64,000 nt of DNA from Bacillota bacterium. GTDB taxonomy: Bacteria; Bacillota; Sulfobacillia; Fermentithermobacillales; Fermentithermobacillaceae. Positions within the stretch are counted from its first letter, which is position 1, and each line of letters begins with the position of its first letter. Location of the stretch: NCBI GenBank assembly GCA_050952085.1, contig JBMNKH010000004.1, positions 508,793-572,792 on the forward strand. The letters are read 5' to 3'. Below are positions 51,193 through 61,480 of this stretch, piece by piece. Made by a program: the position numbers and the translations under genes. The notes beneath the pieces were generated by a model, which was not told where the DNA came from, did no database searches, and saw only the letters and a program-made list of their open reading frames with translations.

Positions 51193-52113
51193 TTGGATCC
51201 GGCGCACAAGATATGTATCATAGCTAACCCTACCGCAGGGCATGGCAAAGCTCAGGCAATCCTACCCCAAGTTGAAGCTTTGCTTAAGGAATGTGACGTT
51301 GCATTTGACCTCATTGTCACCCAAGGACCAGGGCATGGAGTAAGCCTGGCTCGCGAACTGGCTGCCAGTGATTACAGGGCCATAGTAGCTATGGGAGGTG
51401 ACGGCACCCTTGGCGAGGTGGTAAACGGAGTGCTCACAGCCGGAAACAGGCGGGCTATTCCCATTGGTGCCATCCCGGCAGGAACCGGAAACGACTTCAT
51501 CACCGGAAACCGGTTGTTTTCTCATTGGTCAGAAGCTATCCGGGCTCTTGCACGGCCGAACCTCAGGCAGTTCGATGTGATGTTGGTCAAGGATGCAGCG
51601 GGCCGTTCACGCTACGCCGTAAATTCTGTAGGCGTCGGCTTCGATGCATATGTGGTCAAGCGGGTGTCTGAACTCAAGTCAAAAAAGTTTGGCAGCATTA
51701 GCTATGCTTTGGAAGTTGTCAGGGGACTACTTGCGTTCAACCCTAACAGCATGACAATAACCATTGATGAGAATGAAAGGCACGTGGAAAAAGCATGGCT
51801 ATGCGCAGTCTTGAATTCAGAAAATCTGGGCGGGGGAATGAAAATCATCCCAGGCGCCATCTCAGATGACGGCAATCTTCACCTGGGGTATCTTTTTGAC
51901 ACCCCAAGATTGGGGCTGTTGGGGCTTCTCTTGAGTGTTTTCAGGGGAACCCATGTGGGCAGGCAAGGAGTATACATCGGCAAAGGCCTAAAGGCAAAGA
52001 TTGATGCACCAGCTTATTACCCTTGCCATATTGATGGCGATTTGGTAGAGGCAACATACCCGTTAAGCGTGGAGCTGGCGCCAGGAGCAGTGCCTTTCCT
52101 GGTTGGTGGCTGA
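51193..52113 (+). CDS. Diacylglycerol-kinase-family lipid kinase (YegS/DagK-like)
   Basis: IIANPTAGHGKA...MGGDGTL DAGK_cat motifs. GGAAGGAGGGG ribosome-binding site before the TTG start. Confidence 0.8.
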   Translation: MDPAHKICIIANPTAGHGKAQAILPQVEALLKECDVAFDLIVTQGPGHGVSLARELAASDYRAIVAMGGDGTLGEVVNGVLTAGNRRAIPIGAIPAGTGNDFITGNRLFSHWSEAIRALARPNLRQFDVMLVKDAAGRSRYAVNSVGVGFDAYVVKRVSELKSKKFGSISYALEVVRGLLAFNPNSMTITIDENERHVEKAWLCAVLNSENLGGGMKIIPGAISDDGNLHLGYLFDTPRLGLLGLLLSVFRGTHVGRQGVYIGKGLKAKIDAPAYYPCHIDGDLVEATYPLSVELAPGAVPFLVGG

Positions 52114-52198
52114 TACTGAGTACCGGGCATGCGATCTTGGGAGAATATTATTCACAGCAATTCCCGCATACTCGCGAAAGGGCAGGTGTAATATTGCC

Positions 52199-53419
52199 AT
52201 GAAGAAGACACCGGTTAGCGGAGCACAATTGTACAGCTTGTTCCAGGCATATAATCCTTTCGGGCCTGACCTGGAGCTAAAGCCGCCGGGACAAAGAAAG
52301 ACCGTCCTTGCAGCTAACGCCAATTTCCCGTTTGGGCTCGAGATTGCGGGCTTCCTCAAGGCTGCTGCCCAAGACGGCGGCTCGCCTATTATGATCCAGC
52401 TCAGCGGTAGCGCCCTGGCCGGGGCAGGAAGGGGTATAGCTGCTAGCAGCGAGCTGCCGTACCTCAAGGCACTCCGGCTGGGAGCGAGAATGGGCCTGGC
52501 TATCGTTGAAACGTACATAGATGCATACAACGCGCCGTTTGTAGCTATAGCGCTGGACCATTTTGCAGTTCCTGATGTAGACGGATCAAGTGCAGGAGAG
52601 GCTTGCTACGAAGAGGCAGAGCCCTATGTCCTCAGCAGGGAGTCAGCTGTTTCCATGCTAGAAAAAGCTTTAGAGTTCTCATCTGCCTATGGCGTGCCCG
52701 CTCCTGGCAAAGGCGAACTTGAGGCCTGGACAGGATACCTGAGCTCTGCCTCGTATGCAAACGCGGTAGCCGGCTTTATGACGTGCCTGGAGGAACTTAA
52801 TCCTGCGTGGGCCATGATAGACACTGAAGAAATGCCGCCTGTGCTCAATTATGCCGTGACCCGTCACATTTGTGACCTGGTCAAAGAGTGTGGGTTTGAC
52901 GCTATCCTGGAAGCTGAATATGGCGCCACAGGGCAGGCAGGGAGCAGCGAAGGGTATGTGAGCCTGGAAGGGGAGGAACTCGGGAAGTTTGCAAGGCAAA
53001 TCGCAGGATTCATAAAGTATACCGGAGCAAGGGGAATATCATATCCCATCGGTATGGAACACGCTGCGCCCCTTGGCCGGAAACATGAGCCTGACACCCG
53101 GCGTTTGGAAACGGTCCAGCGGGAGATTATCAAGGAAGCAGGATATTACGCGCCTTTTGCCCAGCACGGCGGGACAGGCGCAAAACAACTGGCTAAAGGG
53201 CTTGTTGCAAAGAACAACGTCAATACCCATTTCCTAGTGACCATGGCTCAGAACCTACTGGGGCATTTCATGAAAAACAAGGAGCTGATCGAGCAAGGGC
53301 AAAAATCCGCCTGCGGAAGCGATATTTACCTTGCTGCCGCCGAAGCAGTGTGCCAGGCAGCTGTTGAGAAAATGAAAGAAGGAGGCACTTATGGCGGATT
53401 TGGGGCAGGGTTGGCTTAA
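52199..53419 (+). CDS. Divergent class-II aldolase-like (FbaA/GatY-superfamily-like) protein
   Basis: LDHF and QHGGTG blocks resemble the Zn-site LDHG and HGGSG blocks of class II aldolases. The assignment is weak. Confidence 0.35.
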   Translation: MKKTPVSGAQLYSLFQAYNPFGPDLELKPPGQRKTVLAANANFPFGLEIAGFLKAAAQDGGSPIMIQLSGSALAGAGRGIAASSELPYLKALRLGARMGLAIVETYIDAYNAPFVAIALDHFAVPDVDGSSAGEACYEEAEPYVLSRESAVSMLEKALEFSSAYGVPAPGKGELEAWTGYLSSASYANAVAGFMTCLEELNPAWAMIDTEEMPPVLNYAVTRHICDLVKECGFDAILEAEYGATGQAGSSEGYVSLEGEELGKFARQIAGFIKYTGARGISYPIGMEHAAPLGRKHEPDTRRLETVQREIIKEAGYYAPFAQHGGTGAKQLAKGLVAKNNVNTHFLVTMAQNLLGHFMKNKELIEQGQKSACGSDIYLAAAEAVCQAAVEKMKEGGTYGGFGAGLA

Positions 53420-53521
53420 GTTGATTAACAATCCTTTCTCAGGAAATAGTAATCAGGAGACTGGCTGAGTGTATCCAGGCGTTTGCAGGGCAAATTGTTC
53501 ATGAAGGGGGCGTAAGTTACC

Positions 53522-54073
53522 TTGGCAAATCAGATTGAAAAACGGCTTTATCCTGCATCGACTGCATTGAACCCCACGCCTGTGGTGCTGGTCACGTGCG
53601 GTGACTACATGGGCGAGGCTAACGCAATAACCCTCGCATGGGTTGGAACAGTGTCTTCAGAGCCACCTATGATTGCAATTGGCGTGAGGCCGACAAGGTA
53701 TTCCTTCGGGTTATTGCAACGGTACGGGGATTTCGTTGTGAACCTTCCAACAGCGGATCATGTGGACATCTTGAATTATTGCGGAACAGTATCAGGCAGG
53801 ACAGAGGATAAGTTCAACGGGGCAGGGATCACTCCTGCCAGGGCAGACAATGTGAGGGCGCCTCTTGTCGCCGAGTTTCCGGTCAACATAGAGTGCAAGA
53901 TCAGGAACAGGATTGGCTTGGGAAGCCACGACCTGTTTCTTGGAGAGGTAATGTGTGTGCATATTGCCCCTGAGATTTTGACCCGTGGGGACATAGACCC
54001 TGAAAAAATGAACCCACTTGCATATTTCAAAGGCCAATATTTCACCCTGGGAGACCCGGTGGGTAAGAGATAG
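53522..54073 (+). CDS. Flavin reductase-like (FMN-binding split barrel) protein
   Basis: NPTPVVLVT...ANAITLAWVG...SHDLFLGEV pattern. Confidence 0.8.
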   Translation: MANQIEKRLYPASTALNPTPVVLVTCGDYMGEANAITLAWVGTVSSEPPMIAIGVRPTRYSFGLLQRYGDFVVNLPTADHVDILNYCGTVSGRTEDKFNGAGITPARADNVRAPLVAEFPVNIECKIRNRIGLGSHDLFLGEVMCVHIAPEILTRGDIDPEKMNPLAYFKGQYFTLGDPVGKR

Positions 54074-54144
54074 CAAATCCGTGGGGATATCATAGACGAT
54101 TACTTGTGAGATACTGTTGAGATACTGTGGGGAGGGAGAAACGT

Positions 54145-54936
54145 ATGGAGAGGTTTGGCCGGCTGCAAACCCTGACTGTAGCACATGAAGACTATGCTAC
54201 TGTTATCACAGTTGCGCGTCAGGAGTCCCTCAATGCGCTCAACAGGAAGGTCCTGGCCGAACTTGAGACGGTGTTAGACGCTCTCATCGCTGGCGGGCCC
54301 GGCAAGCCGTTAATCATCACAGGAGAAGGTCCCAGGGCTTTCGTGGCAGGGGCTGATATAGGCGAGATGGCCAATATGACCCCTGATGAAGCGGAGGAGT
54401 TTGCCCGCTACGGCCAGGGGATTTTCTCCAAATTGGAAGCGTTTCCCGGAGTCACGATAGCTGCGGTTAACGGGTACGCCCTGGGCGGAGGCAACGAGCT
54501 TGCCATGGCTTGCGACATCCGCATCGCCGCCAGCAATGCCAGGTTTGGCCAGCCTGAAGTAGGCCTGGGGATAATTCCCGGCTTCGGTGGCACCCAAAGG
54601 TTAGCCCGGATTGTGGGCATGGCCAATGCCCTAGACCTTGTTTTGACCGGGCGGATGATCGATGCACAGGAAGCTTGGCGAATAGGGCTCGTACACAAAG
54701 TGGTTGACCAGGGCAAGGCCTTGGAAGAATCGTTGAACTACGCCAAGACCGTAATGAAGAATTCTCCCTTTGCAGTAGCCCAGGCCAAGAAAGCGATTTA
54801 CGGTGATCCGCGCCGGTATAGCGGCATGGCTCTTGAGGTGGACCTGTTTTCAAAGTGTTTTGACCATCCAGACCAGAAAGAAGGTATGAAGGCGTTTCTG
54901 GAAAAGCGTCAGGCCGGTTTTCAAAAGCAGGGATGA
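54145..54936 (+). CDS. Enoyl-CoA hydratase / crotonase family protein
   Basis: RAFVAGADIGEM oxyanion-hole motif. GGGGAGGGAG ribosome-binding site. Confidence 0.85.
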   Translation: MERFGRLQTLTVAHEDYATVITVARQESLNALNRKVLAELETVLDALIAGGPGKPLIITGEGPRAFVAGADIGEMANMTPDEAEEFARYGQGIFSKLEAFPGVTIAAVNGYALGGGNELAMACDIRIAASNARFGQPEVGLGIIPGFGGTQRLARIVGMANALDLVLTGRMIDAQEAWRIGLVHKVVDQGKALEESLNYAKTVMKNSPFAVAQAKKAIYGDPRRYSGMALEVDLFSKCFDHPDQKEGMKAFLEKRQAGFQKQG

Positions 54937-55018
54937 CCTGTCAGTTCACGGAAGAAAAAACGCCCCGTGTTTTAACGATTGCACTGCTTGATACGATACA
55001 AGTAACGGGGCGTTTTGA

Positions 55019-57889
55019 GTGGCGAGGGAACAGAAGGACAATCACAAAGGCGGAATACTGAAAACAACCGGTAAAGCCCTTCTTCTGATCTGTCTCACAG
55101 CAGGTGCTTTCTATTTAGGTTGGCACTTCTACACCATGAGAAACAGTGAGACTATGGTCTGCTTGACGATGATGTCAGAAGACGGGCTGTATATTTATCA
55201 ATACCAGGCTGCTGGGGACGCACCGGACCCAAGTGAAAACGGCGGCAACGGCAGTAACGACGGCAGCGACGGTGGTAGCAGCGCGGGTGGAGAGGACAAC
55301 GAGATTCCCGAGGCCTATCCTCATTGGGGTTTTGTAAGCTTCGGGTCAAGAGTGCACGTTACCGGCGTTTCAGGTGACCGGGTTGCCTTAGAAGACATCT
55401 ACACTTATCCTCAGGAAAAAGTGGTTGTGGAGCTGGTTATCGGGCCTGACGAAAAGATTGCCAGGATATCTCAAATACCGGAAAGCTTCGTGATCAGAGG
55501 CGAAGTAGAGAGTAGCGACGACGGCACAGTTCATATTTCGGGTATCCAATACATCACCGGTGAGGAATTGGATTTTCAGTGGGAGCAAGGGGATCTTGTA
55601 GAAGTGTATGGTGCCGGTGATGAGATAATATATGCCGAACTCCTGGACAAGGCTGGGATTTTGCAGATTGTTGCCAACGTTGAAGGCGCCAAGGTGTTTG
55701 TGGACGGCGCTTACAAAGGGGAGGCGCCTGTAACCATATACACCGCCCCTGGGTATAAGGAGATAATGGCAAAAGCCCCGGGTTACAAGACAACCACCAC
55801 ACAGGCCATGGTGGGAGCGGGACAATTATCAGAAGTGCCGGTTGAGTTGCCCCTTGTGACAGGCACGGTAGAAGTCACTTCCAACCCTCCGGGCGCAGAT
55901 GTGTTTGTCAACCATGAACTAAAGGGGACCACCCCTGTAAGCATTCATCTCCCTCCGGGCGATTACCAAGTGTCGGTAGAGAAGTCCGGGTATTATTCCA
56001 AGAAAACCAACCTACGGGTGGCTCAGGATACCTCAACGCCTCTTCACTTCAACCTGGTGGCAGAGTCAACGGGCATATCCCCCATAGGAGGCGCCACGCC
56101 AGGCTTGCCTTCCCAAGAGGCCCAGGTGCCAGGTACCAGGATGACTGTGCTGGGTTACGATCCTGATTCCCGTGTGCTTGAAGTCATGGATTCCAACCGC
56201 GTTAAGTCCAAACTGATAGTGCCGGGAGATGTTCCCCTGGACAACTTTCCGTCTGGCAGGGCCTCATGGGACAAGGTATTGCCGGGAGAAGAAATCGCTG
56301 TTGTGGCAAGCGCCTCAGGGTACGTGGAAAAGGCTACCAAGACTTATTCTCACACCTTTACGGCAAGCGGGAAAGTGTTCGCCAGGGACGGCCAGGTGCT
56401 TAACATAGGAGACGGCTGGACAAGATGCCTTATGAGTCCTAACGTGTTGATTCAACGCCGGCCTGACAATACGCTTGTCAGGAATGTGGACGTAGGGGAC
56501 ACGGTGACGGCCTACGGCACATCCGCGGATGACATCAGGTACGTAGTAGTCCAAGAGTCGCTGGGGCTAAAGTCAGCTTTTGAGGGTTATCTTGTAAACA
56601 CTGATGGCGGCCAAAAGGTTTTTTCTGAAAGCGCGCTACTGCCAGTCAGCATCCCAGGGGCCATTGACGTAGTTGATTTGGATAACAAGGTTACCGATAA
56701 GGCGTCGGCAGTTCCTTCAGGATCAAGACTTAAGTTCCATCAAGATTCAGAAGGCAAGATAGTGTGGGCCGAGTACATTTGGAAAGCGGAAGTGTCACTT
56801 GAGGGGCAAATCGGGATAATGTCAGGTCCTGTGCTTACAATATTGCCATCATGGGATGAGGCAACTTTGTCAGTGAATACCACCGTGTTTCTTGGCGAAA
56901 CCAGAAGGCCCTTTTACGATGTAAAGACTGGGGACACTGTGCTGGTTGCCGGACCCTCCCAGGTAGATACACGGTTCATCTGGATTAAGGAGCGGATATC
57001 CTACGACCGCACCGTTGAAGGGTTCATGGGCGGGGGAGAGGGCAGGAACCGGCGTGTATTCACTGAGGTAGACCGCAAAGGATATGTAACCCAATGGGTT
57101 GTGGATACTGGCTTTACAGTTGTAGATACAAAGCATAACAAACATATGCTTGCCAGCCAACTGAACAACGGCGATAAGGTGAGGCTTTGGCTGGGGGCCG
57201 GAGGGAAACCTGTATGGGGAGAAATGGTTGCGCCGAACGCAATCAACTTGAGCGGCCACTTCCTCAGGGAGAAGGATGGGTATTATTACTTCTCAGGCTT
57301 GGAGAAGTTTGAGGCTTCAGAAGACCTCATTATTACCGGTCTATTCAAGGATGAAGAACTCCGGCCGGGCTCACGGGTGCATGTAGGCGGAGACGGTAAG
57401 TATGTGAACTACATTGAAGTCCAGGAACTCGTCGAATTTGCAAAGTATAAGCCGTTGGTTGAAGGCACTGTAATATCTGTGGACAAGAATGCACTGACTA
57501 TTATGACTAGCAGCAGTTGGTTGGAGCATTACGAGTTATCTAATAACACCTGGTACGTTGATTGGGAGGCTGGAGTTGACGGATACGCGGATGAACTTGA
57601 CACCGGTGACGAAGTGGAAATATATCTGGATCCTGACCGCAAGAAGGCAGTGTTCATTGAACGCACTTATTCACCCAGGTTCAGAGTGGAAGGCACAGTG
57701 ACGGGGGTTTCGGGCAGGGCCTTTACAATATCAGGGGACTACGGCACCGTGAGAGTTGAATTGCGATCAGGAGCCGGTATATATGAGGATGGCAGAAGGA
57801 TTCACTATGGGGACATCGAGGAAGGGGATAAGATCCACGTTTCAGGCTCAAGCGCAGATTCAATCTACCTTGTGGTAGTCACCCCCTAG
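55019..57889 (+). CDS. Large membrane-anchored surface protein with two PEGA domains and about eight repeats of a small beta-domain
   Basis: N-terminal transmembrane helix and a Gly/Ser/Asp-rich linker. PEGA motifs (NPPGADVFVN...LPPGDYQV). A recurring GDxVxVxG...YVxVxE unit. Confidence 0.6.
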   Translation: MAREQKDNHKGGILKTTGKALLLICLTAGAFYLGWHFYTMRNSETMVCLTMMSEDGLYIYQYQAAGDAPDPSENGGNGSNDGSDGGSSAGGEDNEIPEAYPHWGFVSFGSRVHVTGVSGDRVALEDIYTYPQEKVVVELVIGPDEKIARISQIPESFVIRGEVESSDDGTVHISGIQYITGEELDFQWEQGDLVEVYGAGDEIIYAELLDKAGILQIVANVEGAKVFVDGAYKGEAPVTIYTAPGYKEIMAKAPGYKTTTTQAMVGAGQLSEVPVELPLVTGTVEVTSNPPGADVFVNHELKGTTPVSIHLPPGDYQVSVEKSGYYSKKTNLRVAQDTSTPLHFNLVAESTGISPIGGATPGLPSQEAQVPGTRMTVLGYDPDSRVLEVMDSNRVKSKLIVPGDVPLDNFPSGRASWDKVLPGEEIAVVASASGYVEKATKTYSHTFTASGKVFARDGQVLNIGDGWTRCLMSPNVLIQRRPDNTLVRNVDVGDTVTAYGTSADDIRYVVVQESLGLKSAFEGYLVNTDGGQKVFSESALLPVSIPGAIDVVDLDNKVTDKASAVPSGSRLKFHQDSEGKIVWAEYIWKAEVSLEGQIGIMSGPVLTILPSWDEATLSVNTTVFLGETRRPFYDVKTGDTVLVAGPSQVDTRFIWIKERISYDRTVEGFMGGGEGRNRRVFTEVDRKGYVTQWVVDTGFTVVDTKHNKHMLASQLNNGDKVRLWLGAGGKPVWGEMVAPNAINLSGHFLREKDGYYYFSGLEKFEASEDLIITGLFKDEELRPGSRVHVGGDGKYVNYIEVQELVEFAKYKPLVEGTVISVDKNALTIMTSSSWLEHYELSNNTWYVDWEAGVDGYADELDTGDEVEIYLDPDRKKAVFIERTYSPRFRVEGTVTGVSGRAFTISGDYGTVRVELRSGAGIYEDGRRIHYGDIEEGDKIHVSGSSADSIYLVVVTP

Positions 57890-58010
57890 GCTTGATTTGC
57901 ATGAGAAGCCATTGCAGCCATTATTGATGCCAGGCAAACATCCCTGTCTTGATCAATATATGGTATAAATAGGTGAAGCTTGGTTTCGCTGTGGAGAGGG
58001 GGAGTGGCCC

Positions 58011-58547
58011 GTGGAGGTAGAGTATCTTGTAGAGCCCCTGTACCGGCTCACATGGGAAGATATCATGGAATCATGTAAAGCTATTTGCCGGGAAGCAGAT
58101 GCCACCTTCGGGCCACAGGCTGTGGTGGGAATTGCCGTTGGCGGGCTGATTCCTGCCACGATTATTGCTTCCATCCTGCAAGTTGACCTGTATCCCTGTC
58201 TGGTAACCCGTAAGCGGCGCGGCCGGGTCGTCCACCAGCGGCCTGAAGTGATCGTATCTGTAAGCGAACAAGTGAAAGGCCGTAGAGTACTGGTTGTAGA
58301 TGAGATGGTGGTGACAGGCGAAACAATGCGGGTTGTGACGAGGGAATGCAAGAAGATCGGCGCCAAGCTTGTAAAAACTGCGTCTATTTGGGTATCCTCT
58401 GAGAGTTGGAAGCCAACCTTGTATTCCATGGAGAGCCACGGCTATGTGCAGTTTCCCTGGAACGTTGAGGTGCTTTCAGCCGGGAATTTCATTTTGAATC
58501 CTGTTTACCAGGAATATATTGATTCGTTGGAGTTGATAGAGGATTGA
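58011..58547 (+). CDS. Phosphoribosyltransferase-domain protein
   Basis: PRPP-binding motif VLVVDEMVVTGETM. Confidence 0.75.
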   Translation: MEVEYLVEPLYRLTWEDIMESCKAICREADATFGPQAVVGIAVGGLIPATIIASILQVDLYPCLVTRKRRGRVVHQRPEVIVSVSEQVKGRRVLVVDEMVVTGETMRVVTRECKKIGAKLVKTASIWVSSESWKPTLYSMESHGYVQFPWNVEVLSAGNFILNPVYQEYIDSLELIED

Positions 58548-59218
58548 AACGAGAATCGGTGACAATCGATGACGTTAAGGCTAACCCTGTGGTTGAAGCT
58601 TACATCAAGGCCGGCAATGACCACCTAGGTGCCCTCGGGTTCACGGATCACGGATTAAGGCACGCCGGGCTTGTGTCGACGATTGCCAAGACTTTGCTTT
58701 GGAAACTCGGGTTCTCAGAGCGGGAGCAGGAATTGGCTGCAATAGCCGGGTACCTCCATGATATCGGCAACGTGGTTTCCCGGTATTATCATGCCCAGGT
58801 AGGTGCTGCCCTGGCAGAACGGATTTTGTCAGATATGGGGATGGACCCGGACGAGATCGCCATTGTCATGGGAGCTATAGGCAGCCATGATCCCGAGGAA
58901 GAATGCCATGCAGTATCCAACGTATCAGCTGCGGTCATCCTGGCAGACAAGTCTGACGTTCACCGTTCCCGGGTGAGGAATCCTGACATACACAATTTTG
59001 ACGTCCATGACCGGGTCAACTACGCCGCCACAAAGTCGTTTCTGGAAGCTAAGAACGATGAAAAAGTGATTTCATTGCAGCTTATAATTGACACCGGAAT
59101 CGCACCTGTCATGGAATACTTTGAAATATTCCTAACTAGGATGATTGCATGCAAGAGGGCAGCTGAGTTCCTGGGTGCTACATTTGAGCTAAAGATAAAT
59201 GACATAAGGCTTCTCTAG
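58544..59218 (+). CDS. HD-domain phosphohydrolase
   Basis: H...HD motif (GLRHAG...GYLHDIGN). Confidence 0.75.
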   Translation: MKRESVTIDDVKANPVVEAYIKAGNDHLGALGFTDHGLRHAGLVSTIAKTLLWKLGFSEREQELAAIAGYLHDIGNVVSRYYHAQVGAALAERILSDMGMDPDEIAIVMGAIGSHDPEEECHAVSNVSAAVILADKSDVHRSRVRNPDIHNFDVHDRVNYAATKSFLEAKNDEKVISLQLIIDTGIAPVMEYFEIFLTRMIACKRAAEFLGATFELKINDIRLL

Positions 59219-59426
59219 GGTACCAGTATCCGCCGTGTGTACAGCCTCAGGTGGTTTTGTGCGTGAACCAACCCGTGCATAGTTCTGGTGATGCTTGATG
59301 CAAGATTTGACAAACCCGTCAATGATCCCTGATTGCACCAGCAATGGTTATAATATATCCTTGTCCTTAGGAATAGCAGCGGTTTAATTGGAGTATCCCT
59401 TGCCGTTTGAGAGGAGAGGAACGAGC

Positions 59427-59939
59427 TTGCAGGTCTTGGATGACAAAGGACGGCTCTTCGGAAAAATCAGCATCATCGATTTACTCATAATAGTAGTGTT
59501 GATTTCGGTTGCTGTGTGGTTCGGTTATTCCATGTTCGGCAAGAATTTGCGCCGTGATGTGGCCCAGCGGCAGGAGGAGACAGAAATCGTCGTGATAGTG
59601 GGTGGCATACGTCCTACCACTGCCGAAGCCATCGCCAAGGGCGGGAAGATCTTTGAGTTCAAGACCGGAGTTCACATTGGCGAAGTCGTAGGCGTGACCA
59701 CTCAAGCTAGCAAGATCTGGCTTGTTGAAGGCGATGGCAAGTGGGTGCAAGTTGAAGCAGCTGACCGCGTAGATGCTCTTGTAACCATACGTGGCACTGC
59801 CAGGATAGGCGAAGATGTAATCACCATGAACGGTGTTGAAATAAGGGTTGGGGGAAGCCTTAGCCTCAAGACCAAATTTGCAGTATTCCAAGGTCATGTT
59901 ATGGTGATGGACCTCGACTTGGGAGGAGCTTCCCAGTGA
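59427..59939 (+). CDS. DUF4330-family protein
   Basis: LxVLDDKGRLFGKISIIDLL N-terminus with a transmembrane helix. TTG start with a GAGAGGAGAGGA ribosome-binding site. Confidence 0.6.
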   Translation: MQVLDDKGRLFGKISIIDLLIIVVLISVAVWFGYSMFGKNLRRDVAQRQEETEIVVIVGGIRPTTAEAIAKGGKIFEFKTGVHIGEVVGVTTQASKIWLVEGDGKWVQVEAADRVDALVTIRGTARIGEDVITMNGVEIRVGGSLSLKTKFAVFQGHVMVMDLDLGGASQ

Positions 59940-61480
59940 GAACCCTGCCTGCATTCACAGAAGGGCATTACACGCAATCAGGTAGCTTGCACACGAGTTT
60001 TACGCACCGCCTTCTTGGTGCTGTTTCCAAACGTATTGATCATGCCCTGGGTGTTTTTTTCGCCTGGTTTGATAATGCGTTTAGGCACAGCATCTGTGGC
60101 AGGGCGGTTTTGGATCTCAATGAGCGCTTCGCAAGATGGATCCCTGCAAGCGTGGGTGTCCGGTGCCTCAAGCTGCTTGTGGCGTCTCATGGCAGGCATG
60201 TAACCGCAGGTACGTTTCTCGGTATAGTGCTCGGCTTAGGCGCCTTCTTGCCTACTGAGATACAACTTGTCTGCTTTGCACTGTTCCTGTTCTTGTACCT
60301 TTGGTGGCGGTGGGGCAGCAAGAATTCAGTTGTGAGTTTGCGTCTGGGGGAATTCCCAGGGCCGGGAGAGGCTCCACGATCTGCCGGGGGTTCCGGCAAC
60401 GGCCGGATCTGGTTTCACCTTCCGTTTAAGGTGGTGCTTCCCCTTGTAGTTTTGTTCATGTTCATTGCCGGAGCTGCCGTTTCATCAGTGATCCCCAGGC
60501 GGAGTCTGATGAACCTGGTCTTGTGGTGTTCTTACGGACTTGTTTTTGCAGCCGCTCTTGATATGTCCTCCAGAGGCGAAGAAGACAGCATTATCTGGCC
60601 CTTTCTCACCGGCGTGACCTTGTCAAGCATGATTGGTATCTACCAGTACCTTTCAGGGTGGCAGGCTACCAGGTCATCATGGCTTGATGAGAAGTTTCAG
60701 GATGAGATTACCCGGGTGATAGGCACCTTCGACAACCCCACCTTTTTTGCCGAGATGATAGGATTGGCACTCCCGGTGACGCTTGCGCTGCTCATCAGGA
60801 ACAAGAGCTTCTTAGATAAGGGCATATTGCTGGTTTACGCCGCCATACAAGGTGCCGCTTTGGTGCTTACATGGTCAAGGGGAGCCTGGCTCGGGTTTAT
60901 TGCTTCGTTTGCCTTGTTAGCAGTGTTGTTCGACAAACGCTTAATGCTGGTGGGCTTGATCGCAGCTATGCTGGCTGTGATTGTAGCCCCGCCTGTGCTG
61001 GTTGAAAGGCTGCTTTCGTCGTTTAGCCTGGAGGACAGTTCCAACAGCTACCGTGTGTTCATATGGCGCGGCTCCCTGGCCTTGCTGAGAGAGCATATCT
61101 TTAGGGGGGTCGGGCTTGGCGCGGACAGTTTTGCCCAAGTCTACCCTGAGTACATGATAATACAGACTCCGGCACCCCACGCCCATAGCACCTACCTACA
61201 GATGCTAATCGAACTCGGGCTGTGCGGATTCCTGGCCTTGATTTGGTTGCTGCTTGTATGCGGCTGGCAGTCGCTGCGCGTCCTATTTACCCAGAAAGGA
61301 GTAGGGTTCGAAAGATGGGCGAGGGTGGGGGTTTTGTCAGGGGTAGTAGCTGCTGTGGGAGGCCATATGCTGCAAGGCCTTGTAGAACATACCTGGTACA
61401 ACCCGCAGATAACTGTAGTTTTCTGGGCGTGGACAGGGGTGGCTGTGGGCATTTCTTACGGGATGGAGGCAAGGAGATGA
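59936..61480 (+). CDS. O-antigen ligase/polymerase-family (Wzy_C) membrane protein
   Basis: About ten transmembrane helices with a WSRGAWLGF Wzy_C signature in a periplasmic loop. Confidence 0.7.
   Translation: MRTLPAFTEGHYTQSGSLHTSFTHRLLGAVSKRIDHALGVFFAWFDNAFRHSICGRAVLDLNERFARWIPASVGVRCLKLLVASHGRHVTAGTFLGIVLGLGAFLPTEIQLVCFALFLFLYLWWRWGSKNSVVSLRLGEFPGPGEAPRSAGGSGNGRIWFHLPFKVVLPLVVLFMFIAGAAVSSVIPRRSLMNLVLWCSYGLVFAAALDMSSRGEEDSIIWPFLTGVTLSSMIGIYQYLSGWQATRSSWLDEKFQDEITRVIGTFDNPTFFAEMIGLALPVTLALLIRNKSFLDKGILLVYAAIQGAALVLTWSRGAWLGFIASFALLAVLFDKRLMLVGLIAAMLAVIVAPPVLVERLLSSFSLEDSSNSYRVFIWRGSLALLREHIFRGVGLGADSFAQVYPEYMIIQTPAPHAHSTYLQMLIELGLCGFLALIWLLLVCGWQSLRVLFTQKGVGFERWARVGVLSGVVAAVGGHMLQGLVEHTWYNPQITVVFWAWTGVAVGISYGMEARR

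Noticed and set aside
54956-55011. Inverted repeat AACGCCCCG...CGGGGCGTT after the crotonase gene
   Set aside because: The 9-bp arms are separated by a ~38-nt loop. A weak U-tract (TTTTGAG) follows, so this could be a poor terminator, but it is not convincing enough to call.
61222-61476. 5' extension of the GT4 ORF to 61222 (a 456-aa version)
   Set aside because: The extension overlaps the end of the O-antigen-ligase-like gene in another frame. An ATG at 61477 forms a classic ATGA overlap, and the protein from that ATG begins with the usual MRVLHI GT4 N-terminus.
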